In this document: positions 9,307 to 17,796 of the stretch, in pieces
Position numbering within the stretch: position 1 is the stretch's first letter
How the letters are laid out: each line of letters opens with the position of its first letter
Source: Rhizomicrobium sp.
GTDB taxonomy: Bacteria; Pseudomonadota; Alphaproteobacteria; Micropepsales; Micropepsaceae
DNA: 64,000 nucleotides
NCBI GenBank assembly: GCA_035455725.1
Contig: DATIEM010000135.1
Coordinates: forward strand, 1,764 to 65,763
Direction of reading: 5' to 3'
The notes under the pieces: generated by a model
Told to the model about the DNA's origin: nothing
The model's database searches: none
The model's input: the letters and a program-made list of their open reading frames with translations, nothing else
Program-made: the position numbers and the translations under genes

Positions 9307-9900
9307 ATGCCCGCAACGGAACGCAAGATCACCCCTGCCGACATTCTCGCTTGGGAGAAGTACTCCACCGAGCGCAGCGCATTCCGCAAGAACATCGTGG
9401 CGGTGAAGAAGAACCGGCGGGTGGAGGTCGGTCCCTTCGTCACCTTCTATTTCGAGAATTACGACACGATGTGGCTGCAGGTGCAGGAGATGCTGCACAT
9501 CGAGAAGGGCGGCGAGGCGCAGCTGCCGGACGAACTCGCGGCCTACAATCCGCTCATCCCGCAGGGCGACGAGCTGATCGCCACGCTGATGATCGAGATC
9601 GACGATCCCAAACGGCGCGACCGCGAGCTTTACCGTCTCGCCGGCATAGAGGAATCGGCTTACATTGCACTGAATCAGGAGCGTATTCCCGGCATCCCCA
9701 CCGCATACGATGAGCGCACCACGCCGGAGGGCAAAACCTCATCGGTTCACTGGGTAAGCTTCAAGTTCATTCCCGAGCAGATCGGGAAATTCAAAATGCC
9801 GTCGGTGGAAGCCGTGCTCGGGGTGGCCCACGCCGCCTACAGCCACATGGCCGTCATCATGCCCGACATCCGCGGTGAACTGGCGAAGGACTTCCGTTAG
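9307..9900 (+). CDS. DUF3501 family protein
   Basis: RRVEVGPFVTFYFENYDTMWLQVQEMLHIEKGG, ELAAYNPLIP, GKTSSVHW; third gene of the rubrerythrin triad. Confidence 0.85.
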   Translation: MPATERKITPADILAWEKYSTERSAFRKNIVAVKKNRRVEVGPFVTFYFENYDTMWLQVQEMLHIEKGGEAQLPDELAAYNPLIPQGDELIATLMIEIDDPKRRDRELYRLAGIEESAYIALNQERIPGIPTAYDERTTPEGKTSSVHWVSFKFIPEQIGKFKMPSVEAVLGVAHAAYSHMAVIMPDIRGELAKDFR

Positions 9901-9971
9901 CCTGTGTTTGGCGAGTCTGATGCAATGGTACGTGACCGCGCGCACCGCACATTGCGGGACGTTCGAATCCA

Positions 9972-10535
9972 TCAGGCTATTGCCGATGCCGTCCTTATGA
10001 GCGGCGGCGATAATGGCCGTCTCCAGTTGCGCTCCGGCTCGTAGCGGCCATAGGCAAGGACGAATCGCGGCTCGTCGTTATCGTCGGCGAGCGGCAGCGA
10101 CACGGTTTCGCCGACCATCCTTTCTTGCATTACGATCGGGAAACGCAGCGGTTTGAGCACTTGAAGAGACAGCAGCGCTGAATGGGTCCAACGTTCGGTT
10201 TGCTCGGCTGTGGCAGTGGGATGATGGAACCCTTGTCCGGTACGCTCTGACAGGGTGTCGGTCACCATGGTACCCACGAGGCGAAAGCGAAACGCCGGCG
10301 GCGCGTCTTCCACTCGCTCTACGAGCACCAGCCGGGACAGATAGGGCTTCAGCACGCGTGGACAAAAATCGCGGCGGCGGGGAGTGCCCATTCCCTTCCG
10401 CATCTTATGCCATAGGGCCGTCAGTTCTTCGCAATCTTTGAGGATGAAGGCGTTTGCTGGGTCGCAAAATTGCAACCAGCCCTTTGCCCGCGCGCGCCGA
10501 TTGAATTGATCGATGAGCGTATCCGGCGAGTCCAT
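9972..10535 (-). CDS. Stand-alone PAS (PAS_5-like) domain protein
   Basis: LWHKMR…PRRRDFCP…LVLVER…FRFRLVGT pattern typical of alphaproteobacterial single-PAS proteins. Confidence 0.7.
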   Translation of the reverse strand: MDSPDTLIDQFNRRARAKGWLQFCDPANAFILKDCEELTALWHKMRKGMGTPRRRDFCPRVLKPYLSRLVLVERVEDAPPAFRFRLVGTMVTDTLSERTGQGFHHPTATAEQTERWTHSALLSLQVLKPLRFPIVMQERMVGETVSLPLADDNDEPRFVLAYGRYEPERNWRRPLSPPLIRTASAIA

Positions 10536-10559
10536 TCACGGATTTTCGCCGACCGCGGA

Positions 10560-10575
10560 TCAACAGGGAGTTAAC
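10560..10575. promoter_or_regulatory. CtrA-like box TCAA-N7-TTAAC
   Basis: tcaa cagggag ttaac, one mismatch, 24 bp upstream of the PAS gene ATG. Confidence 0.5.
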
Positions 10576-10674
10576 TGGGCGCGATTCTGGCGACTGACGT
10601 GCCTCGTCGGATCACGACGCAGCAAGCGCCCGCGGGATTCCAGTCGATCGCTGGCCTCCGGTGGGGCAGCGGGT

Positions 10675-10703
10675 CTTGATCCCGCGGTGCTCCACCGCCA
10701 TAT
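10675..10703 (+). promoter_or_regulatory. Candidate RpoH (sigma32) promoter CTTGAT-N16-GCCATAT
   Basis: Resembles the alphaproteobacterial RpoH consensus CTTGAA-N16-CCTATAT; directly upstream of hslO. Confidence 0.45.
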
Positions 10704-10714
10704 CTCTCCAGTCC

Positions 10715-11647
10715 ATGAGCCCAGCAGAGACCTACACGCCTGCGCCGGCAGGCGATTTCGTATTGCCGTTCTCGATGCCGGAGCTTGGCGTCCGCGGCCG
10801 CGTGGTACGCCTCGATGCCGTGTCGGCGCGCGCGCTTTTGGCCCATGATATCCCTGAGCCCGCCGGGCGCACGCTGGGCGAGGCTCTGGTTCTCACCGCG
10901 ATGCTTGGTTCCTCCCTGAAGCTTGACGGCCGCATGACCTTGCAGGCCAAAGCCTCAGGACCGCTCGACCTTCTCACAGTTGATTATTATGGCGCCGACG
11001 CCGAACGCGAGCGCGCGGGGCTGCGCGGCTATGCACGTGTCGACCAGTCGAAATTGGCGGCCCTGGAAGAGCGCTCGCCCGCGTTCGCCGATCTTGCCGG
11101 CGAAGGAGTGCTGGCTATCACCATCGAACCGCGTCTGGGCGACCAGAGCTACCTGGGTATTGTGCCGCTCTCTTCGCAGAGCATTGGAGCGAGCGCGGAA
11201 GGTTACTTCCAACAGTCCGAACAGCTGCCCACCGCGATCAAACTCGCTGCCGCCCCCGCTTACACGCCAGGAAGCCGGCAGGCGGCGTGGCGCGCCGGCG
11301 GCATCATGCTCCAGGCGATTCCCGAGCAGGAGCGAGATGAGGACGACTGGAATCGCCTTTCCATGTTTCTGCAGAGCGTTGAAGACATCGAGTTGCTGGA
11401 TACCGGCTTGGCCCCTGAAGACCTGCTTTGGCGATTGTTCCACGAGGATGCAGTTCGTGTGCATGCATCGGAGCGGCTCGACTTCTATTGCGGTTGCAAT
11501 ACCGAGCCGATTGCGCGGGTGCTACGGGCGTACGACGAAGGTGACCGCCGAGGTCTCGCGGATGCCGACGGCATCATCCGCGCCCGTTGTGAGTTCTGTG
11601 GCGCCTTGCACGCGATCGGGGCTGAAAATCTGACGCCGGTGACATGA
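10715..11647 (+). CDS. hslO: Hsp33 redox-regulated chaperone
   Basis: VRGRVVRL, WRAGGIMLQ, LLWRLFHED, Zn-redox switch FYCGC … RCEFCG. Confidence 0.92.
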   Translation: MSPAETYTPAPAGDFVLPFSMPELGVRGRVVRLDAVSARALLAHDIPEPAGRTLGEALVLTAMLGSSLKLDGRMTLQAKASGPLDLLTVDYYGADAERERAGLRGYARVDQSKLAALEERSPAFADLAGEGVLAITIEPRLGDQSYLGIVPLSSQSIGASAEGYFQQSEQLPTAIKLAAAPAYTPGSRQAAWRAGGIMLQAIPEQERDEDDWNRLSMFLQSVEDIELLDTGLAPEDLLWRLFHEDAVRVHASERLDFYCGCNTEPIARVLRAYDEGDRRGLADADGIIRARCEFCGALHAIGAENLTPVT

Positions 11648-11678
11648 TTTCTCCCAATCCAGTGCAACCAAAAGCGCC

Positions 11679-11703
11679 GGAACCTTAGCTCTAGAAAGCG
11701 GTT
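11679..11703 (+). promoter_or_regulatory. Candidate EcfG/sigmaT general-stress promoter GGAAC-N17-GTT
   Basis: ggaac cttagctctagaaagcg gtt, ~50 bp upstream of the GT4 ATG. Confidence 0.4.
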
Positions 11704-11755
11704 AATTGAGGGGCGGAGGCCGGAAGGGTCGTGCCCTAGAACGCTGGGTGTGTAC

Positions 11756-12805
11756 ATGAGGATCGCGCAAATTGCGCCGCTCGCCGAGAGCGTTCCCCCG
11801 AAATGTTATGGGGGCACCGAACGGGTGGTGTCCTGGCTAACCGAGGATCTTGTCCGCCGTGGACACAAGGTCACGCTGTTTGCCAGTGCCGATTCGGAAA
11901 CCAGGGCGGAGCTGGCTCCGGTGGTTCCGCGCGCTCTGCGCCTTGATCCGACCGTGAAGGATTGCCTGCCGCACAACCTTCTGCTGCTCGATCGCGTATT
12001 TCAGCGCGCGGAAGAGTTCGATGTCCTGCATTTCCATGTCGACCTGATCCACTATCCGCTATTCCGGCAAATGGCGGATCGCGTGGTAACGACACTGCAC
12101 GGCCAGCTCGGCTTTTCCGACTTGATCCCTTTCTATCGCGCGTTTGAAGAAATGCCGCTCGTCTCGATTTCCAACGCCCAACGAAAGCCGCTGCCACCTG
12201 TGAACTGGCTGGCCACCATCTATCATGGATTGCCAATAGATCTTTACCAGCCATACAGCTCGAACGCTGGGGATTATCTTGCCTTCGTGGGTCGCATTTG
12301 TCCGGAAAAGGGAATTGAGGATGCCATTGCTGTCGCGAAACGCACCGGTATTCCGCTGAAGATCGGCGCCAAAGTGGACAATGCCGATCGCGCCTACTTC
12401 GAGTCGCGCATCGAGCCACTGCTTTCTGATCCGCTGGTGCAATTTCTCGGTGAGGTGAACGACGCCCAAAAAAATGAGCTGCTTGGCAATGCATTGGCCA
12501 TGCTGTTCCCGATCGCATGGCCAGAGCCCTTTGGTCTTGTCATGATCGAAGCTGCCGCCTGCGGCACACCCGTGATTGCTTATCCGTGTGGCTCGGTGCC
12601 TGAAATCGTCGAGGATGGCGTGACCGGGCTCATTGTTCGCGATCTGGACGAGGCGGCGCATGCCGTTGCGCGCGCGCGCATGCTGGATCGCACGCATATC
12701 CGCAAGCGGTTCGAACATCGCTTCACAGTCGAGCGGATGACCAGTAAATATCTGGATGCTTACAGCCGCCTGCTGAAGTCCCGGCTGGCAGCTGCTGCAG
12801 CATAG
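11756..12805 (+). CDS. Glycosyltransferase family 4
   Basis: MRIAQIAPLAESVPPKCYGGTERVV, FVGRICPEKG, WPEPFGLVMIEAAACGTPVIA. Confidence 0.92.
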   Translation: MRIAQIAPLAESVPPKCYGGTERVVSWLTEDLVRRGHKVTLFASADSETRAELAPVVPRALRLDPTVKDCLPHNLLLLDRVFQRAEEFDVLHFHVDLIHYPLFRQMADRVVTTLHGQLGFSDLIPFYRAFEEMPLVSISNAQRKPLPPVNWLATIYHGLPIDLYQPYSSNAGDYLAFVGRICPEKGIEDAIAVAKRTGIPLKIGAKVDNADRAYFESRIEPLLSDPLVQFLGEVNDAQKNELLGNALAMLFPIAWPEPFGLVMIEAAACGTPVIAYPCGSVPEIVEDGVTGLIVRDLDEAAHAVARARMLDRTHIRKRFEHRFTVERMTSKYLDAYSRLLKSRLAAAAA

Positions 12806-12811
12806 CCGCCT

Positions 12812-15013
12812 GTGGCGATGGGACAGTCGCCGATGAACAAGCTCTCCGAGCCGGCTGCCGCGCAGACCGACGCGTCGGCTCCATTTTATATCGCCGCCAC
12901 CGCTTCGTTCCAGGAGGCCTGGCCGCGCACACTCAAGCATGGCGACACCTTTGCCATGTTCGATCAGCATGGCGACATTTTGAACGCTGCGGGCAATCCC
13001 GCCGGCATTTTCCACGAAGACACCCGCTATCTCTCCGGTTCGTACCTTCTGATCGAAGGGCATCGGCCCATGCTGCTCAGTTCCACCGTGCGCGACGACA
13101 ACGTGGCGCTGACGGTCGATCTCGCCAATCCCGACATCATGCGGGGGGATGAAATCGGACTATCGCGCGAGACGCTGCACCTGGTGCGCACAAAATTTCT
13201 CTGGAACGGCGCCTGCTACGAACGGATTGCCGTGCAAAATTTCGATTCCAGTTCGCATGAGACGCGGCTGCTCTTGTGGTTCGCCGCGGACTTCGCCGAC
13301 CTGTTCGAAGTCCGCGGCATGCACCGTCCGAAGCGAGGCAGTTGCCATGGCGATCGTATCGGGTCCGATCAGGTGATGTTCCACTATAAGGGTCTGGACG
13401 ACGTCGACCGCTATACGCATTTGCTGTTCTGGCCCGCACCGTCGCTGCTGGATCAGCACCACGCCGCATTCGATGTGAGGCTCGCGCCGGGCGGCCGCTT
13501 TTCCCTTCTGTCGACCGCCCGCTTCGGGACCTCGGCACGGATCGGTGGCGCGCGTTTTGCCCCTGCCCTGAGGGCTGCGCATCGCGCCATGCGCAACCGG
13601 GCGCGCCGCGCCGCCGCCGTGAGTACTTCGAACAATCTCCTCAACAAGGTCCTGTGTCGCTCGGTGGCCGATCTCTACATGCTGGTCAGCGAGACGCCCC
13701 AGGGGTTGTACCCTTATGCGGGCATTCCGTGGTTCTCCACGGCGTTCGGGCGGGATGGCATTATCACCGCCATGCAGATGCTGTGGCTCGATCCGAACGT
13801 GGCAAAGGGCGTTCTTCGGTTTCTGGCAGCGCACCAGGCGACCGGCTACGACCAGGTTTCGGAAGCGGAGCCGGGAAAGATCTTGCATGAGATTCGCCAC
13901 GGGGAGATGGCGGATTTGGGCGAGGTCCCGTTCAAGCATTACTACGGCAGCGTGGATTCGACGCCACTGTTCGTGATGCTGGCGGGCCGGTATTTCGAAC
14001 GCACCGGAGACCGGGACACCATCGCCCAGCTTTGGCCGAATATCGAAGCCGCTTTGACATGGATTGACCAATGCGGCGATTTCGATGGCGATGGTTTCGT
14101 CGAATATCGCCAGCGCACTGAAAAAGGGCTGAACAACCAGGGCTGGAAGGATTCAAAAGACTCCATCATGCACGCGGATGGCCACCTCGCGGAAGGAGCC
14201 ATTGCACTGGTCGAAGTGCAGGCCTACGTCTGGGCGGCCAAACGATATGCCGCCAAGCTGTCCCGTCAATTGGGAGACAAAGAGCGCGCCGAAGAGTTGG
14301 AGCGCGAAGCGGAGGCGCTGCGCAAAAGTTTCGAGCAGGCATTCTGGTGCGAAGACCTTGGTACCTACGCGCTTGCCCTCGACGGAAGCAAAGCGCCGTG
14401 CCGCGTGAAGAGCTCCAATGCCGGCCATGCGCTCTTTGCCGGCATCGCCTCTGCCCATCGCGCGCGCAAGGTGGCGGCAAATCTGATGCGGCGGGAAGCT
14501 TTCTCCGGTTGGGGCATCCGCACTCTCAACACCGGAGAAAAGCGATATAATCCGATGTCGTACCACAACGGATCGGTCTGGCCGCACGACAATGCCATGA
14601 TCGCGAGCGGCTTTGCCCGCTATGGCCAAAAAGAAGATATCCTGAAGGTTTTCACAGGCCTTTTCGATGCAGTGCAGACGATGGATATGCGCTTGCCGGA
14701 ACTCTTCTGCGGCTTCCCGCGGCGTACCGGCAGCGGTCCAACCCTCTACCCGGTCGCCTGCGCTCCGCAGGCTTGGGCGAGCGGGACACCGCTAATGCTG
14801 CTGGAAGCGGCGCTCGGCATGAGCATCGATTGTGCCCGAAATGAAATCCGCTTCGAGCGGCCGCTTCTGCCGGCTTTCATAGACGACATCGCCATCAAGA
14901 ACCTGAGGATCGGCACCAACACCGTCGATCTTCTTTTGCAGCGGCACGGGCGCGATGTTGTGGTGGATGTCCTCTCCCGCAGCGGGGATGTGCGGGTCGT
15001 TACCGTCGCCTAG
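12812..15013 (+). CDS. Amylo-alpha-1,6-glucosidase / glycogen debranching family protein
   Basis: AGIPWFSTAFGRDGII, EPGKILHE, YYGSVDSTPLF, NQGWKDS, YHNGSVWPHDN, LPELFCG, ACAPQAWA. Confidence 0.9.
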   Translation: MAMGQSPMNKLSEPAAAQTDASAPFYIAATASFQEAWPRTLKHGDTFAMFDQHGDILNAAGNPAGIFHEDTRYLSGSYLLIEGHRPMLLSSTVRDDNVALTVDLANPDIMRGDEIGLSRETLHLVRTKFLWNGACYERIAVQNFDSSSHETRLLLWFAADFADLFEVRGMHRPKRGSCHGDRIGSDQVMFHYKGLDDVDRYTHLLFWPAPSLLDQHHAAFDVRLAPGGRFSLLSTARFGTSARIGGARFAPALRAAHRAMRNRARRAAAVSTSNNLLNKVLCRSVADLYMLVSETPQGLYPYAGIPWFSTAFGRDGIITAMQMLWLDPNVAKGVLRFLAAHQATGYDQVSEAEPGKILHEIRHGEMADLGEVPFKHYYGSVDSTPLFVMLAGRYFERTGDRDTIAQLWPNIEAALTWIDQCGDFDGDGFVEYRQRTEKGLNNQGWKDSKDSIMHADGHLAEGAIALVEVQAYVWAAKRYAAKLSRQLGDKERAEELEREAEALRKSFEQAFWCEDLGTYALALDGSKAPCRVKSSNAGHALFAGIASAHRARKVAANLMRREAFSGWGIRTLNTGEKRYNPMSYHNGSVWPHDNAMIASGFARYGQKEDILKVFTGLFDAVQTMDMRLPELFCGFPRRTGSGPTLYPVACAPQAWASGTPLMLLEAALGMSIDCARNEIRFERPLLPAFIDDIAIKNLRIGTNTVDLLLQRHGRDVVVDVLSRSGDVRVVTVA

Positions 15014-15543
15014 CGCGAGATGACCTTCCAGCGGTTGTAGGAAGCGGTGCAGATCGGCGGCAGGGTCCACTGGACTTTGTTGGCATCGCGCGGCATGCCG
15101 CGAAAATGCGGATTTAAGAGCGATTGCGAAACGCGAATTCCCAAGGGCCAGTTTGCCTTGATAAAGGCGAGCACCGACAGAATTTCCTTGTCCGTAAGCC
15201 GCTGCTCGAAGGCCGGCATGTAGGACCGAACACTCTTCGGCACGCCAGGGAAGCGGCCGTATTTTGTCATGTAGAAGAGGTCCTCGTCGGAATGCTGCCA
15301 GGTGTGGCCGCTGGCGTCGTGGGCGGGCGCGCGGCGATGGGCATATTGATCCTGGGCCTGCCACAGGGGCTGTCCCTCAAGGCTGCGGCCGTGGCACGAG
15401 GCGCATTGCCGCGCGTATACAGTCTTGCCCTGAAGAACGGCGGCATCGTGATCGGCATTGGCGAAGTGTTCGCCGGCCACGGCCGTCGATAACATAAGAA
15501 ACAGTAGCGCGATCGCGCCGCCCAGTGAGGGAACTCGCATCAC
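15010..15543 (-). CDS. Periplasmic monoheme cytochrome c
   Basis: Signal peptide, CASCH heme motif, APAHDASGHTWQHSD, distal Met in YMPAF; start overlaps the SCO stop. Confidence 0.88.
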   Translation of the reverse strand: MMRVPSLGGAIALLFLMLSTAVAGEHFANADHDAAVLQGKTVYARQCASCHGRSLEGQPLWQAQDQYAHRRAPAHDASGHTWQHSDEDLFYMTKYGRFPGVPKSVRSYMPAFEQRLTDKEILSVLAFIKANWPLGIRVSQSLLNPHFRGMPRDANKVQWTLPPICTASYNRWKVISR

Positions 15544-16130
15544 TTGATCTGCTTGCTCAGTTCCTGCGCGATGTCATGGCCTGGCAAATTTCCCGTCAGC
15601 AACGAAACAAATTCGCCCTTGGGATTGATCACATAAAGGTAGCCGCTGTGATCCATCGTATATTCTGCGTGCCCAAGCGCGACGGGCCGATAATAGACAT
15701 GGAAGGCTTTGGCCGCAGTCTCCGTCTCTTCGCCGTCACCGCGCAAACCCACGATGCGGGGATCGAAGGCCGAGAGATATTTCTTCAGCACCTGCGGCTT
15801 GTCGCGGGCTGGGTCGATCGTGATGAAGATGGGCTGCAGTTTCGCTGCCTTCGGCCCTAGGTCATGGAGAGCGAGGCCGATCTCGTTCAGGACGGTGGGG
15901 CATACATCAGGGCAGTTGGTATAGCCGAAATAGGCGAGCAGCCACTTGCCGGGAAAGCTTTTGTCCGTGAGCGTGCGGCCATCGGCGGTGTGTAGCCGGA
16001 AGTGTCCCGTCATGGACGGCGACGGCAAAGTTTCTTCGATGACCGGCGCGGCCAGCGCCGGAACGGCGCCAACCGGCATTACCAAAAAAAATACAAATCG
16101 GTTCCGTAAAGCTCGTAGCACTCGTCGCAT
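15540..16130 (-). CDS. SCO1/SenC family copper chaperone
   Basis: YFGYTNCPDVCP (CxxxC), FITIDPARD, MDHS His ligand; signal-peptide-like N-terminus. Confidence 0.92.
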   Translation of the reverse strand: MRRVLRALRNRFVFFLVMPVGAVPALAAPVIEETLPSPSMTGHFRLHTADGRTLTDKSFPGKWLLAYFGYTNCPDVCPTVLNEIGLALHDLGPKAAKLQPIFITIDPARDKPQVLKKYLSAFDPRIVGLRGDGEETETAAKAFHVYYRPVALGHAEYTMDHSGYLYVINPKGEFVSLLTGNLPGHDIAQELSKQIK

Positions 16131-16134
16131 TCGA

Positions 16135-17742
16135 TTACGCTTTGGGCAGTATGCGGATGATCGCCATCATGCCGCGATCCTCATGGTCGAGGATGTGGCA
16201 GTGATACACGAAGTCGCCGACGATGGCGCCTCGGAAATCCATCCTCACCTTGATGCTGGGATAGGGGCCGTTACCCGTCCAATAAGGCACTTGATAGGTG
16301 TCTCGCCACTGTTTTTCTTTTGCAGGCACCGGTTGGCCGTTCACCTCCAGAACCAGGAAGTGGACTTGATGTATGTGAAATTCATGAACTTCGAAAGTGT
16401 GGTTCTCGATGATCCAATCCTCCACCGAACCCTTGGTGGTCGTGATGTCCGGCGGATCATCGGGATTGTAGACGTGCACGTCCTGGCCATCCACGGCAAT
16501 ATAAAACTTCTGCGAATCCGCCGGCGGTTTCTTTCTTTGGTGCGGAAATGTGGTTTCCCAGAAGTAGAGCTTGCGCTCGGCGGTCGGCCTCAGGTTGGCG
16601 GCGTCTTCAAAGCGTTGCGGATGCGGCGGGCGGCTGCGTTCCGGCAGACGCACAAGCTTTGCCGGCAGATTCGTCGTCACGATCTGCGCAATAGGACGCT
16701 TCGGATTGCTGTCCGCCGCAGGGCCGCCGTCAATGGCCCGGGTAATGAAATATGCTTTGGTAGTGGAGCTTGTCGGGGCGGCCAATATAAATTCCGCACG
16801 GGCGGCGGGCGGCAACAGGATGTGCTTTTCGGTGATGATCTTGCCCTGCCGCTTGCCATTCTGGGAGCCAGTAGGAACGCCGTCGAGACCAACGATCTCC
16901 AGGGTCTGCGCTTTCCCGTCGTAGTCCACTTCAAGGTCGAGGATCGTGTTTGCCGCGGCATTGGCTACGCGCCAAAACTCTCGCGTCCCTTTTTGCATCT
17001 TGACGATGGCGGGAGGGTAAGTCGGGTACGGCACGGGCACGTAGTTCGCCGTCACATCCCAGAACGGTGCCGGTCCATGGCTTCCAATCGCGTTCCGCAA
17101 GGGCTGATCCCGAAGTACCAGGATACGCTGGGGTAGGCCCGCGACGGCCGGTTGAATGTTTTCAATGCCCTCGACAACAATCGCGCCCGTGGCGCCGCCC
17201 TGGACTGCGGCCGATGCAATCTCATGCACGTGCGGATGATACCAGTAGAGGCCTGGTGGTTCGTTTTTCGGGATGTGAAGCTTGTAGCTGAAAGTTTCCC
17301 CCGAATTGACCAAGGTATGGATGGTTTCGTCCGAATGGCATTTGGGGGAGATGTTCAGACCGTGAAAATGCATGTTGCTGGATGTCGGGCTCATGTCCCG
17401 GTCGCGACATGCCAGAGCGGCATTGGGAAGACGGTGGACCGTTCCGCTCGGCGGCAGCATGTTCGTAAGATCGATCTCGACGAGGTCACCCGGCTGAACA
17501 TGCAGTGTGGGCGACTCAAGTCCGTCAGGGGTTTGAAAGCAGAAAAGTGTGCGGCCTGCGTCGTCAACTGTGGTCTGATAGTTGAGCGCGACATGTAGTA
17601 CGCCATTCTGGCTGTAAAGATCCGGCGGAGGTTGAACCTCGGAACCGGCGGTATAGCGGGGACACACATTTCCTGCTGAAGCGACGCTGGGCAGCAACAT
17701 CCAACAGATCACTGCAGCCGCACTGCCAAGAATGCGAATCAT
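16135..17742 (-). CDS. Multicopper oxidase (paralog 2)
   Basis: HFHG, WYHPH, HEFHIHQ, HCHILDHEDRGMM; signal peptide without twin arginine. Confidence 0.92.
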   Translation of the reverse strand: MIRILGSAAAVICWMLLPSVASAGNVCPRYTAGSEVQPPPDLYSQNGVLHVALNYQTTVDDAGRTLFCFQTPDGLESPTLHVQPGDLVEIDLTNMLPPSGTVHRLPNAALACRDRDMSPTSSNMHFHGLNISPKCHSDETIHTLVNSGETFSYKLHIPKNEPPGLYWYHPHVHEIASAAVQGGATGAIVVEGIENIQPAVAGLPQRILVLRDQPLRNAIGSHGPAPFWDVTANYVPVPYPTYPPAIVKMQKGTREFWRVANAAANTILDLEVDYDGKAQTLEIVGLDGVPTGSQNGKRQGKIITEKHILLPPAARAEFILAAPTSSTTKAYFITRAIDGGPAADSNPKRPIAQIVTTNLPAKLVRLPERSRPPHPQRFEDAANLRPTAERKLYFWETTFPHQRKKPPADSQKFYIAVDGQDVHVYNPDDPPDITTTKGSVEDWIIENHTFEVHEFHIHQVHFLVLEVNGQPVPAKEKQWRDTYQVPYWTGNGPYPSIKVRMDFRGAIVGDFVYHCHILDHEDRGMMAIIRILPKA

Positions 17743-17796
17743 TTCGGCTTCTCCGCTCCGTTTAGGCGTTCAACACAAAACGCATCGTCCCTTGGC

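Noticed and set aside
9951-9975. GTTCGAATCC resembling a tRNA T-loop
   Set aside because: Flanks do not form a T-stem beyond one pair; no acceptor, D or anticodon arm can be built.
10552-10688. Inverted repeat accgcggatcaa / ttgatcccgcggt ~110 bp apart
   Set aside because: Short, GC-rich, one indel, no internal structure or second copy; compatible with chance.
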